A program made the translations under genes and the position numbers. Positions 1-6,732 of a stretch of 12,116 bases of DNA are shown one piece after another. The notes beneath the pieces are model-generated. The model did no database searches and had not been told where the DNA came from. It worked only from the letters and a program-made list of their open reading frames with translations. The stretch comes from Octopus sinensis. Lineage: Eukaryota. Numbering within the stretch: the stretch's first letter is position 1; each line of letters begins with the position of its first letter. The stretch is from NCBI RefSeq assembly GCF_006345805.1, contig NW_021826823.1, positions 1-12,116 of the forward strand. The letters are read 5' to 3'.

Positions 1-44
<44 letters not shown>
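1..44. repeat. (AT)n microsatellite, truncated by the window edge
   Basis: Pure AT dinucleotide run. Confidence 0.98.
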
Positions 45-48
<4 letters not shown>

Positions 49-52
49 CCTT

Positions 53-114
53 GGCGGTGCCCCAGCATGGCCACAGCCTCGAGGCTTGAAAACATATAAA
101 AGAATAAAAGAATA
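53..114 (+). mobile_element. Isolated SINE 3' tail fragment
   Basis: GGCGGTGCCCCAGCATGGCCACAGC..GAAAAC..(AAAAGAAT)2 is homologous to the tail of the full SINE at 6672-6730 (GGCGGTGCTCCAGCATGACCGCAGTC..GAAAC..(AAAAGAGT)2). It follows an (AT)n run, as the internal microsatellite of that family would predict. Confidence 0.8.
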
Positions 115-277
115 CTTTATTGAAAGGATAGTAACATATTTAAAAATATATTCCATTACATTCCTTCACCTAGAATAGATCTCAGGACCCTGGGTTCTGT
201 GGATAGATATGTTTACTTAATCATACCATAAGTTAAGAATCTATTCTGAGTTCCGATTTTGGTTGGGTGGGCTGTGG

Positions 278-481
278 CTATGCAAAGAGCCCAGCAAAAA
301 AGGGAATGAAAATGCAGCACCCATGGACATGCAAGTACCTGAACCCTTCGTGAGTTGGCAATCATTACAATTTCGGCGCCCAAGACAATATGTTCTCATA
401 TACGGACATACGGCATGCTTTGGACATCTTTTAAACTTGACGGAGCCCGTCCCTCACCAGGTCTGGCCATTGACCATCTTC
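278..481 (-). pseudogene. Possible decayed Gypsy-like integrase fragment (weak)
   Basis: One minus-strand frame reads EDGQWPDLVRDGLRQV*KMSKACRMSVYENILSWAPKL**LPTHEGFRYLHVHGCC. WPxxxxD..V..C resembles the end of the integrase Zn-binding region and LPTHEGFRYL resembles the LPxSxGxRYL motif before the first catalytic Asp. There are three stops and the spacing is too short. Confidence 0.22.
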
Positions 482-1564
482 CAGAAGGAGAAAGAAAGAG
501 TTAAAGAAACAGAAGATAGCCTTAAGTATATGGACTCGAGAGCTGTTGTAGTCTTCTTTCCCTCCAGCTCACAGATTATGGGTCTTCTAATGGCTCAAAG
601 TTAAGATGGCGGAGAGGCTTCCATATATCAGCTCACGACTATGTCACTATCTAAAACAATTAGCGAATGCATAGTCCATACTGCGAAGATATTCTCGCTT
701 GCGATTGACGGATGGACTGGACGTTTTGTATTTGCCTAAATTATCGTCTGTCTCTTTCCATTACACATTTGATGGTGTCTTTATTTAACAACACTGTATT
801 ACTTTCAAACTCTTTATTTGATATTTCCGTCGCCATTTCCAGGAACAATTGCCTCGTGTTTTCTTAAAGACGATTCTTTCTTCGGATCATAATTTCATTT
901 TCGACTGGATGTTTTCCAAATAATTCTCTTGTTTATCTTTCCGTTCGTAGATAACTAAAATGGGGCTAATGTTTCAGATAGTTCTTCAAATTGCATGTAT
1001 TATCTTTTATAGAATCTATACAGACATGTAATGCAATCATTATTCCTGAACTATCGTAGTGTTGCTCTTGGCAACGCAGCGGGGGAAAGGAGGTGCTGGC
1101 TGCCAGTTTTAAACTATTCATTGATTCGTTTCCTCTTTATCTACTAAATCGCCTGCAAATAAACCGACCTTACTTTCTTATCAATGGCTTGTTTAATACC
1201 ATCTGCTGTGGTTCTGTCTTAATTTTTGCTATAACATCAGCTCGTATGAATTATCTCTTTAAACCGGCAACCATAGTGTCATGAGATTTACTTCGGCATT
1301 TATTTGCAAAGAAACTCATTACACTTCACGTTCAACATTCCCGTTGTGAATTCACAACTAAAAGTAAACTCAACCCCCGCAACATTTACTTCTCATTTGT
1401 TATCCAGGCTAATATTGCACTGTTTACCAGCTCTTTATAAATAAGCGGCCCTTGGGTAAACAACGTGCAATCCTCCATTGGTTTCTCATTGCAGTGACAT
1501 CGATTATCTTAATTCAAAAGCGAATCAGCATTTCGATTTTAATACTGATTTATCGTTTCAATTA

Positions 1565-1597
1565 ACATAGGAAAGAGATACCCGGCGTTACTCGGGT
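1565..1597 (-). mobile_element. Probable Helitron 3' terminus (hairpin plus degenerate CTAG)
   Basis: Minus strand reads ACCCGAGTAACGCCGGGT-ATCTCTTTC-CTATGT: an 18-nt GC-rich hairpin (ACCCG/CGGGT plus 2 bp, AAC loop), a 9-nt spacer, then CTA(T)GT, one base off the canonical CTAG^T. Confidence 0.45.
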
Positions 1598-1611
1598 TAT
1601 ATAGAATACAT

Positions 1612-1613
1612 GA

Positions 1614-1651
<38 letters not shown>

Positions 1652-1802
1652 ACACATACACACACACATACACACACACACACGCACACACACGCACACA
1701 CACACACACACACATACACACACACGCACACACACACACCACACACGCACACACACATATATATATATATATATATACACACAGTCACACGCACACATGT
1801 AC
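1612..1802. repeat. Compound (CA)n/(TA)n microsatellite
   Basis: Interrupted CA run with TA and CG variants, then (TA)n. It is the source of five spurious ORFs in the track. Confidence 0.97.
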
Positions 1803-2050
1803 ATAAAAACAGCATGAATTTATGGAATATGATAATGATGACGCCATATTTTATAGGTATTTCTCTATTCCCATCAGCCTCTTGCAGCAAATTATTTATC
1901 ATTATATACATCTTCAATGTGTGTATAATATGTTCTGCGTTTGTGTTTTTGCGTGCAGCGATCTTTATTTTTGTATGTGCTCATATATACACTTGTATAT
2001 GCGTTACTCCACTTCATCCACATAACTTAAACCACTAGCAATCAAATGAT

Positions 2051-2143
2051 ACGTCAATTCCTCAACCAATCAGTTAACGCTATCCTTCCCTTCGAGGACG
2101 AGTCAAACTACAAACGCACGAGTCGCCATTTTGTAAATCAGTC
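2051..2143 (+). promoter_or_regulatory. Candidate core/proximal promoter (CRE half-site, CCAAT box, YY1, Inr-like)
   Basis: ACGTCA 2051-2056, AACCAATCAG 2064-2073, CGCCATTTT 2124-2132 and TCAGTC 2138-2143, inside a non-repetitive stretch with 16 CpGs in 2041-2340. Confidence 0.4.
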
Positions 2144-2481
2144 GAGTCACAGAATCGTACATTCAAGCCCCCTCCAGAACCCCTCCGACAAACAAATGCA
2201 GCACTGTATTTCGAACCCTTCAGATCAGACAGCAACTACAAACTCATCAACGGATGTACGAATATAGAAGGCAGTGTGCAAACAATCCCGCTTGTATCTT
2301 CATCACCAGCTGCAGTCAACTTGTACGTTTTACGGCATAAAATAATTTTTTTACTCTGTATTTAGAATTGAGTTCTCTTATTCAACGCCATGATACGGAA
2401 ATATCATTTGAACACAAAATATATACGTATGTTACATGTATGTGTGGATATATACATATGTATGTATGTTTGCGTGTGCGT

Positions 2482-2490
2482 CTAAACATG

Positions 2491-2528
<38 letters not shown>

Positions 2529-2557
2529 TATATATATAATATATATATATATATATA
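2482..2557. repeat. (TA)n microsatellite
   Basis: Nearly pure TA run with two TAA interruptions. Confidence 0.97.
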
Positions 2558-2751
2558 AGGTTAATCCAAACGGGAAAACAGAAAAAACAACAACACGTGG
2601 AACAATTACAGTATTATTATTATTAGGCGCTCAGGAAAATGGAAGAAGAAGGGTATGACGTTTCGAGCGGAGCTCTTCGTCGGAAACATAGGAGAAAGAA
2701 GATCCCGAGACGGGAGGACAGAGGAAAAAAAAATTGCAGGTAGTCTTCACG
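2558..2751 (-). mobile_element. Short non-autonomous Penelope-like-element-related insert between (TA)n tracts
   Basis: About 195 bp of complex sequence bounded on both sides by TA runs. It contains the CYGAYGAAG..CGAAACGTC hammerhead signature typical of Penelope-like elements on the minus strand. Confidence 0.55.
2653..2687 (-). ncRNA. Minimal type I hammerhead ribozyme motif (variant core)
   Basis: Minus strand: GUUU-CCGACGA-A-GAGC-UCC-GCUC-GAAA-C-GUC-AUAC. Core C3..A9 with U4C, perfect 4-bp stem II, GAAA, palindromic ACGU stem III, GUC cleavage triplet, and stem I GUUU/AUAC with one U.U mismatch. Confidence 0.7.
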
Positions 2752-2799
2752 ATATATATATATAATATTTAGGTGTGTATATACATATGATATAGTATG

Positions 2800-2864
<65 letters not shown>

Positions 2865-2992
2865 TGTATGTATATATATATGTGTGGGGGTGTGTGTGTA
2901 TATATATATATATACATACAAACATAAACACACAAACACGCACATATATGTGTGAGGGTGTACTTGTGTATATGTATACATATATATTTATA
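2752..2992. repeat. Compound (TA)n/(GT)n/(CA)n low-complexity tract
   Basis: Long (TA)n at about 2804-2860 plus degenerate TG/CA runs. Confidence 0.95.
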
Positions 2993-3698
2993 TCTAGTTC
3001 TGAGTTTAACGGACACTCCCTTGTCATTTTCTGGCCATCAGAAACGTATTGAACGAGCGACTGGGCTCGTTGAAAACCTATATTTAACAAAACTATTGTT
3101 CACCAAATGTATAATATCAAATTAATATAAAAATAAATTAGTACTGGGTCGATACAATGGACTTATAAGCAGACCTCCACCACTCCCTTGCACGTATGGT
3201 TCTGAGGGCGAATAATAACAACGTTATCATTGTTGTGTTCGAAAATGGCTGTTATACAGTAAATACAGTCTGTGTGTGATATAACTGTTTATAATTAAAT
3301 TGGGAAATTTCAAAAACTGCGGGAATAAATGCATTTCACTAAAAAAAAGTCTATCAAAAAAAATGTAAAACAAAAAATGTAATTACACTATTAAAATTGA
3401 TGTTGAATAAAATAATAAAAATAAAAAATGATAAATATCAAAAAAAAAATGTAATTAAATAAAAGTGATGTATTTCTCAATGAACATCAATGAGTACTGA
3501 AATAAATTATTACCAGAAATATAATGAAGAAGAATATATACACGAAATTAGCAATGGCAATTTATATTGTAATGGAATAACTGACCGAGATGGAAGTGAA
3601 CAATGTTTATGATTTCATTGCAGTTCTTGGAAATGCACGTGAGGTGGTGCATTAGCCAAGTTGTTAAAGCGGTTTTGAGGGGATAGAATTCTTTTGCA

Positions 3699-3935
3699 GT
3701 AAAAGGTGGCGAGCTGGCAGAAACGTTAGCGCGCCGGGCGAAATGCTTAGCGGTATTTCGTCTGCCGTTACGTTCTGAGTTCAAATTCCAACGAGGTCGA
3801 CATTGCCTTCCATCCTTTCAGGGTCGATAAATTAAGTACCAGTTACGCACTGGGGTCAATGTAATCGACTTAATCCCTTTGTTTGTCCTTGTCTGTCCTC
3901 TCTATGTTTAGCCCCTTGTAGGTAATAAAGAAATA
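3699..3935 (+). mobile_element. Full-length tRNA-derived SINE (family A) with 14-bp TSD
   Basis: Box A-like TGGCAGAAACGTT 3715-3727, box B-like GAGTTCAAATTCC 3777-3789, body GCCTTCCATCCTTTCAGGGTCGATAAATTAAGTACCAG and an A-rich tail. It is flanked by the identical direct repeat AGAATTCTTTTGCA at 3685-3698 and 3936-3949. Confidence 0.92.
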
Positions 3936-3971
3936 AGAATTCTTTTGCATTATTTGTTCAGCGTCTTGGTA

Positions 3972-4060
3972 TTCCGAGTTCAAATTCCGCCAAGGTGAAA
4001 TTCTCATTTTAAGCATCCGATGTCGATAAAAAAGGTTACCAATCAAATGCTGGGCACGAT
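3972..4060 (+). mobile_element. Decayed family A SINE fragment (box B and body)
   Basis: TTCCGAGTTCAAATTCCGCCAAGGTG...GTCGATAAAAAAGGTTACCA aligns to 3773-3842. Confidence 0.65.
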
Positions 4061-4091
4061 TATTTTGTCCCCTGAAAATTTATTGACATAT

Positions 4092-4175
4092 GCCGAGTTG
4101 GCGGAATTGTTAATGCCGGACAAAGTGCTTAGATGTATTTTTTCCGACTCTTGTCGAGTTCAACTTGACCTTTCA
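4092..4175 (+). mobile_element. Decayed family A SINE head fragment
   Basis: GCCGAGTTGGCGGAATTGTTA..GCCGGACAAAGTGCTTAG..GAGTTCAA aligns to the head of 3705-3785. Confidence 0.6.
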
Positions 4176-4181
4176 CTACTT

Positions 4182-4392
4182 AAGGCGAGCGGGCAGAATG
4201 GTTAGCACGTTGGACGAAGTGCTTAGTAGTATTTCGTCTGCCGCAACGTTCTGAGTTCAAATTCCGCCGAGGTCGACTTTGCTTTTCATCCTTTCGGAGT
4301 CGATAAATTAAGTACCAGTTGAGTACTAGGGTCGATGTAATCGACTGCCCCCCTCACCCGAAATTTCAAGCCATGCGTCTATAGTAGAAAGA
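4182..4392 (+). mobile_element. Family A SINE, near full length
   Basis: Head, box B (GAGTTCAAATTCC) and body closely match 3705-3870. The tail differs, ending TATAGTAGAAAGA. Confidence 0.88.
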
Positions 4393-4402
4393 ATAAAATA
4401 AT

Positions 4403-4477
4403 CTACCTGATGAGCACTGAATTCACTGTAATCGACGGACCCTTCGCGACCGAACTTCAGGCCTTCTGCCTACAGTA
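4403..4477 (+). mobile_element. Family A SINE 3' fragment
   Basis: TACC..TGAGCACTG..TGTAATCGAC..TTCAGGCCTTCTGCCTACAGTAGAAAGGATT matches the 3' half of 4182-4392. Confidence 0.65.
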
Positions 4478-4522
4478 GAAAGGATTATTATTGTTGCTGT
4501 TGTTGTTATTGTTGTTGTGGAA

Positions 4523-4740
4523 AAGGCGGTCCGCTGGCAGAACCGTTAGCTCGTCGGACAAAATGCTTAGCGGTATTTCGTCCATCTTTACGTTCTGAGT
4601 TCAAAATCCGCCAACGTCTACTTCACCTTTTATCCTTTTGGGGTCGATGAAATAAGTACCAGTCACATACTGGAGTAAATGTAATTGACTTAACTCCTCC
4701 TTCCAAAACTGCTAGCTTTGCGTCAAAATTCGAAGCCAAT
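4523..4740 (+). mobile_element. Family A SINE, near full length, third tail type
   Basis: AAGGCGGTCCGCTGGCAGAACCGTTAGC head, GAGTTCAAAATCC box B, GGGGTCGATGAAATAAGTACCAG body, tail ending AAAATTCGAAGCCAAT. Confidence 0.85.
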
Positions 4741-4786
4741 ATGGTAGCAGGTTTTGTGAGGGAAATTCGGTTGTCATTTCTGGCAA

Positions 4787-4836
4787 GTCACGTGTTATCA
4801 CGTAGCATCTCCCTGATTGGCTCATAGGTGTCGTCA
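4787..4836. promoter_or_regulatory. Cluster of E-box, CCAAT and CRE-like motifs
   Basis: GTCACGTG 4787-4794, TCACGTA 4798-4804, CTGATTGGCT (reverse CCAAT) 4813-4822 and CGTCA 4832-4836 within 50 bp of unique sequence. Confidence 0.3.
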
Positions 4837-4988
4837 GTGTTTCTATTGTTTTCGTTGCTTTTGTTCTCATCTCTAAGTTTCTCTTTCTTGTTGCTGCTGT
4901 TTCTATTCTTTAACCATAGGTCAGCCATCGTCATCACGTAATCACCTTTGTATATCTAGAAACATTATACCCAATATGTCTGCCTTCG

Positions 4989-5212
4989 TTTACTCTTATC
5001 AAATTTCAGTTGAAATACATTGTCTTTGTTTCAATTAATTTTGAAAACTATGAAAAATTTAGTAAATAAATTTTGTCATTATTAAGTTGGTGTTTGAAAC
5101 AGAAATAATATGGAAAATTGAAGGAAGGTTTTTACTAAGATCGTTCTAAAAGAGGATTTTTGTATCGTATAACCAAGAACGATCTCGGATGAGTGAGTGT
5201 TAAAAGGGTTAA
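4989..5212. mobile_element. Possible piggyBac-type MITE (TTAA..CCC/GGG..TTAA ends), left end decayed
   Basis: The right end is AAAAGGG|TTAA at 5202-5212. The left end TTTACTCTTA at 4989-4998 is a 3-mismatch version of TTAACCCTTT. The AT-rich interior resembles a repeat I recall from octopus (unverified). Confidence 0.42.
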
Positions 5213-5589
5213 AACAGAATGCGATTTGAGGGAAACTTTCCGGCGGTCTTAACATGTCAAGCGACTTCATGGAAGCTAATTCGTTGACTTGTTTGTAAAA
5301 CGCATGCGTTGTTGTTTAGGATTTAGACATTATCAGTAATTTTCCAGCAAAGACTACTGAGTCTCGTTTTCAGGAATAGAATATCTAAGACTGCATTATT
5401 TAGTGTCTTTTTGTTAAAGATGACCTAATGATCAAAGGTTATCTAGCCGTGCCCATCCCATATTTTTAGTTATAAAATTAACTAAGACAGAATCTTTCGA
5501 TGAGACTTTCGTTTATAATGAGATATAGGAAAGATTTGGCTGCTATTTCTAGCAGACCTAATGACTGTTTTGACAACAAGGAATATCAC

Positions 5590-5830
5590 ACCTTCTCACT
5601 GTCCTCCTCTCTTTTTCTCTCCCTCTCTCTCTCCCCTTATCACCTTCTCACCTGTTCTCACTCTCCCTTTCTCCCCTTCTTAATCTCTCTCCACTATTCA
5701 CCCTTTCTTTGTCTCCCTCTCCCCTTCTCACCTTCTCACCTTTTCTCACTCTCTCTTTCTCTCTCTCCCCTCTTCTCAAGCTCTCTCCACTACTCACCCT
5801 CTCTTTCTCTCTCTCTCTCCCTTTCTCTTT
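5590..5830. repeat. CT-rich tract with an internal ~88-100 bp tandem duplication
   Basis: 5631-5718 and 5719-5822 share CTCCCCTT.TCACCTTCTCACCT.TTCTCACTCTC and CTCTCTCCACTA.TCACCCT blocks. Confidence 0.85.
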
Positions 5831-6273
5831 AGCTACTTCAGAAGACCTGGTGTCATGTTGCACTCGTGAAACAATGGTTTTGTTCCGTTCCATGAACAAG
5901 AGAAAGGCGATTGAATACTCATAAGCTCAGAAGTAGTGCTTACTAATATAATTGTTAATGAGCATATGTATGGGTGTATATATATATATATATACATATT
6001 TAGCCTGTCTCTCTCCCACCCTGTCTGACTCTTCCCCCGACATGTGCATTAAGACTTTTACTATGACAGCTCTGCGTTGAAGCACTGACAGGTCATTTAG
6101 TTAGCTGAATAATAAATAGCAATGCACATTACAAGTTCAACTGTCCATTGCATATAAATTGCATATAATTATTATGTAATTATATATGTATATTTTATTA
6201 TTTGTAATATGATAAAGAGGAATATATCATTTATACACAATTTTTAAAGACAGTTTGTCGCAAAAGACAGATA

Positions 6274-6732
6274 GGCGCAGGAGTGGCTGTGTGGTAAGTA
6301 GCTTGTTTACCAACCACATGGTTCCGGGTTCAGTCCCACTGCGTGGCACCTTGGGCAAGTGTCTTCTACTAATAGCCTCGGGCCGACCAAAGCCTTGTGA
6401 GTGGATTTGGTAGACGGAAACTGAAAGAAGCCCGTCGTATATATGTGTATATATATATATATTATATATATATATATTATATATATATATATTATATATA
6501 TATATATGCGTGTGTGTGTTTGTGTGTCTGTGTTTGTCCCCCTAGCATTGCTTGACAACTGATGCTGGTGTGTTTGTGTCCCCATAACTTAGCGGTTCGA
6601 TCTAAGAGACCGATAGAATAAGTACTGGGCTTACAAAAGAATAAGTCCCAGGGTCGAGTTGTTCGATTAAAGGCGGTGCTCCAGCATGACCGCAGTCAAA
6701 TGACTGAAACTAGTAAAAGAGTAAAAGAGAGT
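6274..6732 (+). mobile_element. Full-length tRNA-derived CORE-like SINE (family B) with internal (TA)n/(GT)n
   Basis: Box A TGGCTGTGTGG 6284-6294, box B GGTTCAGTCCC 6327-6337, CORE-like CACCTTGGGCAAGTGTCTT, microsatellite at about 6438-6535, tail hairpin CAGTC-AAAT-GACTG and (GTAAAAGA)n end. Confidence 0.92.

Noticed and set aside
263-604. 113-aa + strand ORF
   Set aside because: It starts at TTG, has no recognisable domain and no convincing splice sites; this length is reachable by chance.
3052-3072. 7-bp hairpin AACGAGC/GCTCGTT next to GAAACGTA
   Set aside because: There is no CUGANGA core in the right place on either strand, and an isolated hairpin is expected by chance.
1539-3090. Eleven track ORFs rich in CV/TH/YI dipeptides
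   Set aside because: They are translations of (CA)n/(TA)n microsatellites, which lack stop codons in most frames.
3340-3480. Repeated TATCAAAAAAAAATGTAA motifs in an A-rich tract
   Set aside because: Low-complexity local duplication with no further structure.
4407-4414. CTGATGAG, a perfect hammerhead core
   Set aside because: It lies in a decayed SINE body (from ACCAGTTGAGCACTG), and no stem II plus GAAA follows.
5500-5924. Three ORFs with Leu/Ser or Arg/Glu-rich products
   Set aside because: They are translations of the CT tract.
5833-5936. 10-bp imperfect inverted repeat CTACTTCAGA/TCAGAAGTAG around ~85 bp
   Set aside because: There is no TSD and the interior does not pair, so it is neither a convincing MITE nor a pre-miRNA.
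6274-6345. tRNA gene (box A and box B present)
   Set aside because: It continues directly into SINE body and tail. It is the tRNA-derived head of a SINE, not a tRNA gene; the same applies to 3705-3790.
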